Shown piece by piece: positions 9,591-18,081 of a DNA stretch of 59,746 nucleotides. The notes below the pieces were generated by a model. It was not told the origin of the DNA. It worked only from the letters and a program-made list of their open reading frames with translations, and did no database searches. The DNA comes from an uncultured Nitrospirota bacterium (GTDB lineage: Bacteria > Nitrospirota > Nitrospiria > SBBL01 > SBBT01): positions 8,659 to 68,404 of the forward strand of contig CAYJWQ010000002.1 of NCBI GenBank assembly GCA_964373895.1. Direction: 5' to 3'. Each line of letters starts with the position of its first letter. The first letter of the stretch is position 1. A program made the position numbers and the translations under genes.

Positions 9591-10291
9591 TGGTACACGC
9601 GCTTATCCCCGCGGCAGGTTTAGGTGTGCGATTGGGAGAGGCCGTCAAAAAGCAATTTCTGCCGCTTTGCGGCCTTCCAATCATTGTTCACACCCTGTCG
9701 GTTTTTGAAGGGTCTTACGCTGTTGATGATCTGATCTGTATGGCGCCGCAGGAAGACCTCCCGCTTTTTGAGCAAATGGTTCTTACTGCCGGCTTCACAA
9801 AAATAAAAAGGGTTGTTCCTGGTGGAAAGACGCGCCAGGATTCGGTCGGGATGGGGGTTGCCCTTCTTGAAAAGGAAGGCGATCTTTCGGATGTCGTCCT
9901 TGTCCATGACGGGGTGCGGCCGTTTGTCACCCCTTTGTTGATTGAACAGGTTGTCCGAAAGGCGCAAGAATCCGGCGCCGCGGTTGCGGCCATGCCGGTG
10001 ACCGACTCCCTCAATCGTGTCTCCGGTGACAACGTTATCCTAACAGGTGTCTTACGAGATAACCTCTGGGCGATGCAGACGCCTCAAGCCTTTCGGTTGG
10101 AGATTCTGGTTCGGGCTTTTCAAAAAGCGGTTTCCGACCGTTTTTTAGGAACCGATGAGGCCTCATTGGTCGAACGTTTGGGATTTCCCGTCCACTGTGT
10201 GGCGGGTTTGGCGGAAAATATAAAAATCACAACCCCTTCCGATCTTAAGTTGGCGGAGTTGATTCTTCGAGAGAGAAGACGCCTCTCATGA
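9590..10291 (+). CDS. ispD: 2-C-methyl-D-erythritol 4-phosphate cytidylyltransferase
   Basis: IPAAGLGVRLG N-terminal motif, typical length, and a TAATG overlap with the upstream gene. Confidence 0.93.
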   Translation: MVHALIPAAGLGVRLGEAVKKQFLPLCGLPIIVHTLSVFEGSYAVDDLICMAPQEDLPLFEQMVLTAGFTKIKRVVPGGKTRQDSVGMGVALLEKEGDLSDVVLVHDGVRPFVTPLLIEQVVRKAQESGAAVAAMPVTDSLNRVSGDNVILTGVLRDNLWAMQTPQAFRLEILVRAFQKAVSDRFLGTDEASLVERLGFPVHCVAGLAENIKITTPSDLKLAELILRERRRLS

Positions 10292-10767
10292 TACGGGTCG
10301 GCATTGGATATGACGTCCACCGACTTGCGGAGGGGCGCCGATGTTTCCTCGGCGGGGTGGAGATCCAGCATCAGAAGGGCCTTGTCGGTTATTCTGACGC
10401 GGATGTCCTTTTACATGCGATTTGTGACGCCTTGTTGGGGGCGGCGGGCGAGGGGGATCTCGGCCGCCACTTTCCGGAGGGCGACCCGCGATGGAGAGAT
10501 ATCGCAAGCCTTAATCTCCTTGAGGAGGTATCAAGACTCCTTGCCAAAAAGGGGTTTCGGGTAAACAACATTGATGCGGTGGTGATTGCGGAAGGGCCTA
10601 GAATAGGGCCGTATGTGGATCAAATGAAAATCAATATCAGTCGCCCGCTGGCGATGCAGCCTTCGGATGTGAACATCAAGGCGACGACGAATGAAAAGAT
10701 CGGTTTTATTGGTCGCGGCGAGGGGATTGCCGCGCAGGCGGCCTGTCTGATTGAACAGGTGACCTAA
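10288..10767 (+). CDS. ispF: 2-C-methyl-D-erythritol 2,4-cyclodiphosphate synthase
   Basis: [13 protein letters not shown]...[12 protein letters not shown]-like motifs; 159 aa. Confidence 0.95.
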   Translation: MIRVGIGYDVHRLAEGRRCFLGGVEIQHQKGLVGYSDADVLLHAICDALLGAAGEGDLGRHFPEGDPRWRDIASLNLLEEVSRLLAKKGFRVNNIDAVVIAEGPRIGPYVDQMKINISRPLAMQPSDVNIKATTNEKIGFIGRGEGIAAQAACLIEQVT

Positions 10768-10778
10768 AGAAGATTGTA

Positions 10779-11432
10779 ATGTTTGAAGCGATCAGAGGGG
10801 ATATTAAGGCAGTTTTTGAGCGGGATCCGGCGGCGAAAAATGTGCTGGAGGTGATCTTGACCTATGCCGGTTTTCACGCGATTCTGCTCCATCGGGTTGC
10901 CCATTTTCTTTGGCAGAGAGGGATTCCGATTATTCCACGGTTCATTTCCCACCTCTCCCGTTTTATAACAGGGATCGAGATTCATCCCGGCGCGGTGATT
11001 GGGCGCGAGTTTTTTATTGATCACGGGATGGGTGTGGTGATTGGAGAAACCGCGGAAATAGGCGATCACGTCACGTTTTATCAGGGGGTGACCCTTGGCG
11101 GGACCGGTCAGGCGCATGGAAAACGTCATCCGACCATCGGGGATCATGTCATCGTGGGGGCTGGCGCAAAGGTATTGGGCGCCATTGTGATCGGCGACCA
11201 TGTCCGGATTGGCGCAAACTCCGTGGTGCTCCATTCCGTTCCGGATCATGTGACGGTCGTCGGCATCCCAGGACAGGTGATTCGTCGCAGGGAAGAGGAG
11301 GGCGATCTGGATCATACCAACCTTCCCGACCCGATTGCGAACCGCCTGGAGCGCCTTGAAAAAGAATTGGCGGAACTAAAGAGCCATACCAAGCAGGGCA
11401 GCCCGGGCCGCACTGCGGGACGCTCCGGGTAA
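10779..11432 (+). CDS. cysE: serine O-acetyltransferase
   Basis: DPAAKN...HRVAHFLW...IHPGAVIG hexapeptide-repeat acyltransferase pattern. Confidence 0.92.
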   Translation: MFEAIRGDIKAVFERDPAAKNVLEVILTYAGFHAILLHRVAHFLWQRGIPIIPRFISHLSRFITGIEIHPGAVIGREFFIDHGMGVVIGETAEIGDHVTFYQGVTLGGTGQAHGKRHPTIGDHVIVGAGAKVLGAIVIGDHVRIGANSVVLHSVPDHVTVVGIPGQVIRRREEEGDLDHTNLPDPIANRLERLEKELAELKSHTKQGSPGRTAGRSG

Positions 11433-11480
11433 AAGCCCTCCCCTCCTAACCGATATTTTTATTTCGAGCTGTCTAAAACC

Positions 11481-12668
11481 ATGCCGTCTGCCTATCCGAA
11501 AAATCCGGCCCGTTTCATGACCCGCCGGCTGCTTGTTTGGTATCGTGTCTTTGGGCGGGACCTCCCCTGGCGCAAAACACGGGATCCTTATCATATCTGG
11601 GTTTCCGAGACGATGCTCCAACAGACCCAGGTGAAGACGGTCTTGCCTTTCTATCGCAGATTCCTGCTGGCGCTTCCTACGATGCACGATCTTGCCGCGG
11701 CGCCGATCGGATCGGTGTTAAAATTGTGGGAGGGGCTTGGTTACTACGCGCGGGCCCGCAATCTTCATCAGGCGGCGAAAGAGGTGTCGGCCCATTTTCG
11801 TGGAATATTTCCCTCGAAGATAGAGGACGTTTTATCCCTTCCAGGGATAGGACGGTCGACGGCGGGCGCCATTTTAACGATTGCCTTCGGCCAGCGCCAC
11901 CCGATTCTTGACGGAAATGTGCGTCGGGTGCTCTGCCGGTATTTCTGCATTCAAGAAGACCCCCGGAAAGCAGAGGAGAAGTTGTGGGGTTATTCCGCGT
12001 CGTTGCTTCCTGAAAGGAATGCAGGCGATTTTCTGCAGGCGATTATGGATTTTGGCGCGACGTTCTGCACGCAGGCGGCCCCCCGGTGTCCCCTTTGCCC
12101 TGTGCGAAGAGGGTGCAGGGGGTATCAGAATGGGTTGCAGGAGACGCTGCCGCTCAAAGGAATACGAAAGAGCATTCCCTATCGGGATTATGTCGCCGGC
12201 GTTATCTTCAAGGGAGAAAGGGTCTTGATCCGTCGGCGTCCGATGGAGGGGCTTCTTGGGGGGTTATGGGAGTTTCCGGGAGGCGAGGCAAAATCGTGTC
12301 CGTCTGATGCGTTTAAGAAGGTCCTTTCGGCGTTATTTCAAGAGAAAAACAGCAACCTGTTGCAGCCGATTCCCTGTATGACGATCCGCCATGCCTTCAC
12401 CCATTTTCGGATGACCCTCCATGTGTTCCTCTACCGGGGGAGGACGCATGTAAAAAATGGATCGGGCGAAATGCGGTGGGTCTTACCTGAACAGCTTGAG
12501 GAATATCCCTTCCCGTCTGCCTATCAGAAGATCGTCCGCGCGTTGACGGAGAAGGGGAAATTCAATAGAATCTCTGAACCGACTCTTAAGATGAAGTTGC
12601 GTCGGAGGGATTCTATCGCCTCTCCCGTTATATCTTTATCCGCTGCGGTTTCGCCGAGACAGGCTTAA
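11481..12668 (+). CDS. mutY: A/G-specific adenine DNA glycosylase
   Basis: LLVWY...RDLPWR...PYHIWVSETMLQQTQV, an Fe-S cluster cysteine motif (C..APRCPLCPVRRGC), a NUDIX-like C-terminal domain and a roughly 40-aa extra tail. Confidence 0.92.
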   Translation: MPSAYPKNPARFMTRRLLVWYRVFGRDLPWRKTRDPYHIWVSETMLQQTQVKTVLPFYRRFLLALPTMHDLAAAPIGSVLKLWEGLGYYARARNLHQAAKEVSAHFRGIFPSKIEDVLSLPGIGRSTAGAILTIAFGQRHPILDGNVRRVLCRYFCIQEDPRKAEEKLWGYSASLLPERNAGDFLQAIMDFGATFCTQAAPRCPLCPVRRGCRGYQNGLQETLPLKGIRKSIPYRDYVAGVIFKGERVLIRRRPMEGLLGGLWEFPGGEAKSCPSDAFKKVLSALFQEKNSNLLQPIPCMTIRHAFTHFRMTLHVFLYRGRTHVKNGSGEMRWVLPEQLEEYPFPSAYQKIVRALTEKGKFNRISEPTLKMKLRRRDSIASPVISLSAAVSPRQA

Positions 12669-12691
12669 ATGAATTCCATAAAGGAGTGAAC

Positions 12692-15016
12692 ATGTCAGAA
12701 GAAGGGTTGGTTTATAAAGAAGCGGATGAAGGGCCCTTTAAGCCTTCCGATCACGCGTCTTCTCATTTATCCGCAGACGGGAAGTTAGAAACGGTTTTAC
12801 GGGCATTGGCGGAGCATGCCGAGACGATGCGCGATCCCCGTTGTTTCCTGGGTCTCTTGCTGGAGAGAATCGTAAAGGTCATGAAGGCGGATATGGCGCT
12901 GCTCTTTTCCTGGGGAGGGGATAAGACAGAGTGGACCCTCATTGCGCACCACGGTCTGCCCAAGGATTTTGGAAAAGGGGGTATCTCACGCGCATGGCAG
13001 TCTCTCCCTACCATTGTGCTTCGGCAGGGTACGCATCTCTTCTCAAATGGCGTATCAAAGGATTCACGTTTTGTGGGACAGGTGATTCGCGGGATGAACA
13101 TACAGAGCTTTGCCGGCGCGACGCTTCAGGCCAACGGGAAACTGCTTGGCTCTTTCTCGCTTGGATTCTTTCGGCCGGAGGCCCTCTCTCCGAAAGATCA
13201 TGAGATCTTTTTGTTGATTTCAAACCTGCTGTACCCCGCTCTTTCCTCCCTGACAGATGAAGCGAAGCCTAACCAACGTTTATCAGAAGACGATTCTGGG
13301 GAAAAGGGGTTCCTTAAGAGAAGCGCGGAGGCGGAGATGCTGGAAATACTCCTCTCCGGGTTAAGCCGTCCTTCCCAGCGCGAGGTCCTTTTTAAGGAGA
13401 TTTTAGAGAAATGCCTTTCTCTGATGCAGGCGGAAGGCGGGTATATCATGCAGCTTTATGAAAAGAGGCAGCGGTTTTTCCCCGTGGCCCACCAGGGGCT
13501 CTCTCCTGACAGGGAGGAGCGCCTCGTGAGACAGGGGGTGAAAGTTGGAGAGAACATTCTTGGAAGGATTCTTCAGAAAAAAGCCCCCTCTCTTCTATCC
13601 GCCCATCATTCTGGAGAGCACTTAAATCAGAGGCTGGTTGGGGAAGAAGGGTTGCAATCCTATGTGGGGGCCCCCATCACAATCTCATCTGGCGTTTGGG
13701 GAACCGTTTCCCTCTTCAGTCGCAGCAGGGTCTTCTCCAAAGAAGATCAGGAGAGGGTGGCATTCTTAGGGAGACAATTAGGTTATCTGGTGGACAATGT
13801 GAGGCTCTTTGATGAAGAGCGGCAACGCGCCCTGGACCTCATTGTCGTCAGTGAGTGCGGCCAATCTCTCTCAAAGAGCCTTTATTTAGATCAGCTCTAC
13901 GCGTCAGCCGTGACTGCCATGACAAAGCTGATTGGGGCCGGTCATGGCTATATCTTCTCTGTGGATGACCAAAAGAATCTTCTCTGCGGCGTGGCCGCTT
14001 CCCCCCAACGGCGCGACGCCGTCCGTAAAATGGAATTCAGGATGAATGGAAACACGCTGGTTCCACTTACGGCGCGCGATAAACGTCCTTATGTGGTAGA
14101 AAATGCCTTCAACGATCCGCGGGTTGGAAAGACGTGGGTGGATGCCTTCAAGTCAAAGTCGCTTCTATCGGTCCCCTTGATCAGCAAAGATCGGGTGACC
14201 GGGGTGATTTTGCTGGATGAGACCCATTATTTCCGGTCGTTTACCGCGCAGGACGTCCAGAAGATTATATCTTTTTCCAACCAGGTGTCGATTGCCATTG
14301 ACAATGCAACGATCTATCAATCGGCCATTCAACAGGTGGAACGCCTGAAAACCCTCTCCTCCGCGATGATCAATATCGAAGAGGAGGTGCGTCGCCACAC
14401 GGTCCATGAGATTCAATCGAAGATGGGAGGGGTCCTCTCTGATATTCAAGAGAATATAGAATGGTTTGAGAGGCAACTTCATCAACCCGATCCAGAGATG
14501 ACGGAGAGGATTGAGACCATCAAAGTTCAGGCGAGGCGGGCATTAGAGAGTGTAGAGCGGCTTTCTTATGAATTGCATCCGAAGATGCTGGATGAATCCG
14601 GCTTAATCCCGACGCTGAAGTGGTATATTGACGATTATTCGAGGCGAAATTCGGTTGCCGTTCATCTTCAGTCCAATAATTTAGAAAAGCGTCTTTCGAC
14701 AAAAACGGAGGTCCTTTTTTACAGAATTATTCAAGAGGCGCTGGCCAATGTGGCCAGGCACGCCAAGGCGGAATCGGTGGTGATATCGTTGGAGAAGAAA
14801 GAGGCGCTGGCCTATCTTTATGTCACAGACGATGGCGCTGGATTTGACGTGAGAGGGTATTTTTCTTCTCCGCTGGCGATGAAACGGGGCCTCGGAATCT
14901 GGGGCATGAAGGAACGGGTGGAACTCGCCGGAGGGACTTTTTTTGTCGACTCCGGCCCGGGTCAGGGAACCCGGATTTCCATTAAGGTTCCAATGATGAG
15001 AAAGGGTTTATGCTAA
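12692..15016 (+). CDS. multi-GAF sensor histidine kinase (HisKA_3/NarL-partner type)
   Basis: Several GAF-like blocks, an H-box (YELHPKMLDESGL) and an HATPase_c domain (ANVARHA...DDGAGF...GLGIWGMKERV). The ATG at 12692 follows SD aaggag. Confidence 0.88.
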   Translation: MSEEGLVYKEADEGPFKPSDHASSHLSADGKLETVLRALAEHAETMRDPRCFLGLLLERIVKVMKADMALLFSWGGDKTEWTLIAHHGLPKDFGKGGISRAWQSLPTIVLRQGTHLFSNGVSKDSRFVGQVIRGMNIQSFAGATLQANGKLLGSFSLGFFRPEALSPKDHEIFLLISNLLYPALSSLTDEAKPNQRLSEDDSGEKGFLKRSAEAEMLEILLSGLSRPSQREVLFKEILEKCLSLMQAEGGYIMQLYEKRQRFFPVAHQGLSPDREERLVRQGVKVGENILGRILQKKAPSLLSAHHSGEHLNQRLVGEEGLQSYVGAPITISSGVWGTVSLFSRSRVFSKEDQERVAFLGRQLGYLVDNVRLFDEERQRALDLIVVSECGQSLSKSLYLDQLYASAVTAMTKLIGAGHGYIFSVDDQKNLLCGVAASPQRRDAVRKMEFRMNGNTLVPLTARDKRPYVVENAFNDPRVGKTWVDAFKSKSLLSVPLISKDRVTGVILLDETHYFRSFTAQDVQKIISFSNQVSIAIDNATIYQSAIQQVERLKTLSSAMINIEEEVRRHTVHEIQSKMGGVLSDIQENIEWFERQLHQPDPEMTERIETIKVQARRALESVERLSYELHPKMLDESGLIPTLKWYIDDYSRRNSVAVHLQSNNLEKRLSTKTEVLFYRIIQEALANVARHAKAESVVISLEKKEALAYLYVTDDGAGFDVRGYFSSPLAMKRGLGIWGMKERVELAGGTFFVDSGPGQGTRISIKVPMMRKGLC

Positions 15017-15315
15017 TTTTTAGGGGGCGGGTTTTTTGTCTCCGTTTTAGGAGTTTCTGCGTTTGTCTTTGATTCACTTTTTCCCTCCGGTGCAGGAGGG
15101 TTTGTCTCCTTTTTTGAAGGGGCGCTTTCATTCTTTCTGGCGTAATCGGTAATATACCAGCCGCTCCCTTTAAAGACCAGGCCGGAGGGTGAGGAAATGA
15201 CCTTATGAACCTTCCCTTTGCAATGGGAGCATGCCGTTACGGGCGGATCGGACATCCGCTGCATGACCTCAAAACGGTCCTTGCATTTCTCGCATTCATA
15301 CTCATAAATTGGCAA
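15013..15315 (-). CDS. FmdB-family zinc-ribbon protein with a Lys/Pro/Glu-rich tail
   Basis: MPIYEYECEKC...CSHC is a CxxC-N-CxxC zinc ribbon. TTG start 7 nt after the strong SD ggaggt. Its stop overlaps the convergent kinase stop. Confidence 0.85.
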   Translation of the reverse strand: MPIYEYECEKCKDRFEVMQRMSDPPVTACSHCKGKVHKVISSPSGLVFKGSGWYITDYARKNESAPSKKETNPPAPEGKSESKTNAETPKTETKNPPPKN

Positions 15316-15371
15316 ACGAGATACCTCCTTTTTAAGTTAAGGTTATTTAAACGTAGTTTGTCTGACGATTG

Positions 15372-16568
15372 TCAGTGAAACAGCGTAAGAATCGCCTTTT
15401 CAATTTTCTTGAGACCCGTCATCAAGCGTTCTTTGGAAGTTGCGAAGGAGAGCCGCAGGTATCCGTCTACACCAAAGGCCTCTCCAGGTATCGTGGAAAC
15501 CCCCCCCTGTTCCAGGAGAAATGTGGCAAGATGGATAGAGCTTCTGATCTTATGTCCGTTGTATTCTTTCCCGATTAATGCCTTCACATTTGGAAAGACA
15601 TAAAAGCTTCCGAGAGGGGAGGGGCATTTTACCCCTGGAATCGCGTTCAGCCCTTCTACCATGAGTTTCCTCCTGCTGGCAAATTCCCGAACCATGGTCT
15701 GAATAAAGGATGTCCCTTCCCGCAAGGCCGCCGCCGCCGCCTTCTGTGAGATGGAGCTGGGATTGGATGTGGACTGGCTCTGCACAGTTCCCATCGCTTC
15801 AATCACCTCTTGATTCCCTGCGGCATATCCGATCCTCCAGCCGGTCATGGCATAGGACTTTGAGACGCCGTTAACGATGATCGTTTTTTTCTTCAAATCG
15901 CCGCTTAATGACGCGATGCTGGTATGAACGACATTCTCATAAATGAACTTCTCATAAATTTCATCTGAAATGATCCACAAGGGCGCCTCTATCAGCAGGT
16001 CCGCAAGGTCTTCAAGCTGTTTTGCGGTGTAGGTGGATCCGGTCGGGTTGCAGGGATAATTCAAGATGATGGCCTTTGTGCGCGATGTGATTGCCTTCTT
16101 TAATTGAGAAGGTGTGATCAAGAACTGGTCCTCTTCGCGTGTTTCTACGATGACAGGTCTCGCGTCATTTAATAAAACCTGATCTGGATAAGAAACCCAG
16201 TACGGGGCCGGAATAATGACCTCATCATGACGATCGAATAGGACCTGGGCGATGTTGTATAAGGTATGTTTGGCCCCGCAAGAGACCATCACTTCTTTTT
16301 TAGTGTAATCAAGGTGATGGTCTGCTTTTAGCTTATGGATGATCGCTTCTTTTAACTCATCGGTGCCGGAGGCGGGCGTATATTTGGTATGCCCATCTTG
16401 TATGGCGCGACGGGCCGCCTCCGACGCGGCGTCAGGGGAGCGGAAATCGGGCTCGCCGATTCCGAAATCGATGACGTCGATCCCTTTTTCGGCCAGCGCC
16501 TTTACCTGTGCGGCCATGGCCATCGTTGGGGAGGGCTTGATCTGTTGCATGCGGCGGGCAAAGGTCAT
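15372..16568 (-). CDS. class I pyridoxal-phosphate aminotransferase (aspartate aminotransferase-like)
   Basis: 398 aa with NGVSKSYAMTGWRIGY (PLP lysine) and NYPCNPTG motifs. Confidence 0.9.
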   Translation of the reverse strand: MTFARRMQQIKPSPTMAMAAQVKALAEKGIDVIDFGIGEPDFRSPDAASEAARRAIQDGHTKYTPASGTDELKEAIIHKLKADHHLDYTKKEVMVSCGAKHTLYNIAQVLFDRHDEVIIPAPYWVSYPDQVLLNDARPVIVETREEDQFLITPSQLKKAITSRTKAIILNYPCNPTGSTYTAKQLEDLADLLIEAPLWIISDEIYEKFIYENVVHTSIASLSGDLKKKTIIVNGVSKSYAMTGWRIGYAAGNQEVIEAMGTVQSQSTSNPSSISQKAAAAALREGTSFIQTMVREFASRRKLMVEGLNAIPGVKCPSPLGSFYVFPNVKALIGKEYNGHKIRSSIHLATFLLEQGGVSTIPGEAFGVDGYLRLSFATSKERLMTGLKKIEKAILTLFH

Positions 16569-17065
16569 ACGTCTCTTTCTTTAAATTTCTCCCGTAACTT
16601 CGCGATGACCCCTTTGGGAACGAGATCGGAGACGTCTCCCCCGTAACTTGCAACCTCTTTAATAAGGGTTGAGGTCAGATAGGAATACTCTTCGCTCGGC
16701 ATGAGAAAGAGCGTTTCAATCGTGGGGCTAAGTTTTCGATTCATGAGTCCCATTTGGAATTCGAATTCAAAATCTGAAACAGCGCGGATACCCCTGATGA
16801 TCGCGGCAGCCCCCTTTTGATGCACATAATGGATCAGAAGCCCGTCAAACATTTCGATCCTGATATCCGTCATCCCGGACGTCGCCTCTTTAATCATTTC
16901 CAGACGTTCGGCCGCGCTAAAAAGAGGGGTTTTCCTCGGGTTGGGGGCAACAGCAACAATCACACACTGAAATATCTTCTTTGCCCGCTTGATAATATCG
17001 ACATGTCCATTGGTGATCGGATCAAAAGTCCCTGGATAGACCGCAATGTTCAGCTTTTTTTGCAT
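16565..17065 (-). CDS. coaD: phosphopantetheine adenylyltransferase
   Basis: AVYPGTFDPITNGHVDII motif; 166 aa. Confidence 0.95.
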   Translation of the reverse strand: MQKKLNIAVYPGTFDPITNGHVDIIKRAKKIFQCVIVAVAPNPRKTPLFSAAERLEMIKEATSGMTDIRIEMFDGLLIHYVHQKGAAAIIRGIRAVSDFEFEFQMGLMNRKLSPTIETLFLMPSEEYSYLTSTLIKEVASYGGDVSDLVPKGVIAKLREKFKERDV

Positions 17066-17597
17066 ATAAAGTAAGGAGGGTTCCTCCGTATTTGTACGCC
17101 TTCGATAACAGGAGACTCCCTTTTGCCTTAGGCAAAGGCATCTTGTGAAAATGTTCTATAAAAACAACGCCATCCGCTGTTAGCATAGCACCATCCATCA
17201 GCGATGGCAATATTTTTCCGATCTCATCGCTCTGATACGGGGGGTCAATAAAGATAAAATCAAAGGCGCCTCTTCCCTTTCTCCTTACATAATTAACGGC
17301 GGTCATTCTGAACGCCTTCCATCGTCCTGTAAAAGGGTAGGACCCCATCTGTCGTCTAAGCTGCGCAATCTGTTTTGTCTCTTTTTCAACAAAGACGACC
17401 TCCCTGGCGCCGCGGCTTAACGCCTCGATTCCAATAGAGCCGGTGCCCGCATAAAGATCGAGAAAGGATGCGCCCTCTATTCGATGAGAGATAATATTAA
17501 AAAGGGCCTCTTTCACCTTATCGGAAGTTGGACGAAGATGGTCTCCTTTCGAGAGGGGAATTTTTCTGCCCTTAGCAATGCCTGATATGACCCGCAT
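17022..17597 (-). CDS. rsmD: 16S rRNA (guanine966-N2)-methyltransferase
   Basis: MRVISG..KGRKI..P....RPTSDKVKEALFNI and DLYAGTGSIGIEALSRGA motifs. Its 3' end overlaps coaD by 44 nt. Confidence 0.9.
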   Translation of the reverse strand: MRVISGIAKGRKIPLSKGDHLRPTSDKVKEALFNIISHRIEGASFLDLYAGTGSIGIEALSRGAREVVFVEKETKQIAQLRRQMGSYPFTGRWKAFRMTAVNYVRRKGRGAFDFIFIDPPYQSDEIGKILPSLMDGAMLTADGVVFIEHFHKMPLPKAKGSLLLSKAYKYGGTLLTLYAKKAEHCGLSRDF

Positions 17598-17611
17598 GGT
17601 GTCCCCATGTC

Positions 17612-17782
17612 TTAGCAGGCCGTTGAAAGGGTCGCGGACCCACAGTCCATCTGCTTACGTTTAGGTCCCTCGGAAATCCTCACGTACTTGATTCGTACGC
17701 TCCGGCTTCCTCGGTCCCTGCGGCCTCGCATCTGGAACTTTTTGAACAGCCTGTCCCTGAAAAAGGGTTTTTCAACATCCTG
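17612..17782 (-). repeat. 171-bp structured dispersed repeat (copy 2, inverted relative to 8395-8550)
   Basis: The reverse complement aligns end to end with copy 1. The same termini are present (caggatgttgaaaaa ... ctttcaacggcctgctaa). It carries extra sequence near its 3' end that copy 1 lacks. Confidence 0.85.
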
Positions 17783-17863
17783 TTAGAGATACTTAAGCCA
17801 GAATTTAACACAATTTACATCTTGAATCACCAGCCAAAGAAACTGGTTCTGTCATCTAAACCC

Positions 17864-17896
17864 CCCCCTCCCCCCCTTGGCAAGGGGGGGAGGGGG
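17864..17896. repeat. perfect 13-bp G/C hairpin (ccccctccccccc ttggcaa gggggggaggggg)
   Basis: Read directly. The stem has 12 G:C pairs plus 1 A:T pair, with a 7-nt loop. It belongs to the same motif class as 3893-3990. Confidence 0.8.
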
Positions 17897-17928
17897 ATAA
17901 AGGGGAAGGGGGAACCTTGCGGGTGATC

Positions 17929-17990
17929 TTTCACCCTCACCCATCAAGGGAGAGGGTTCAATTGATGTTTTCTATCGCTGTTCTTGGGAC
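17929..17990 (+). repeat. dispersed repeat D, copy 1 (tttcaccctc..cccatcaagggagag..caatt.gatgtt.tctatcgctgttc)
   Basis: Aligns with the reverse complement of 59673-59746. The 11-nt block tccctaaccct, present in copy 2, is absent from this copy. Confidence 0.8.
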
Positions 17991-18014
17991 TATCGTTGGA
18001 TGACAAGATACGCG

Positions 18015-18043
18015 TTGACATAAATTGTCACTTTGGATAGACT
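18015..18043 (+). promoter_or_regulatory. candidate sigma70 promoter TTGACA-N17-TAGACT upstream of pilT
   Basis: Motif reading; perfect -35 and 17-nt spacer. Confidence 0.4.
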
Positions 18044-18081
18044 GACTTTGTGGCATAGCTTCCATGGTTGCGGGAGGGGCG

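Noticed and set aside
10764-11315. 183-aa minus-strand ORF antisense to cysE
   Set aside because: It is a shadow of the hexapeptide-repeat gene, and the cysE assignment is unambiguous.
18040-18062. Possible sigma54 -24/-12 promoter (tggcatagcttcc) in front of pilT
   Set aside because: The GG and GC dinucleotides are not at the required 10-nt spacing, and TTGC is absent.
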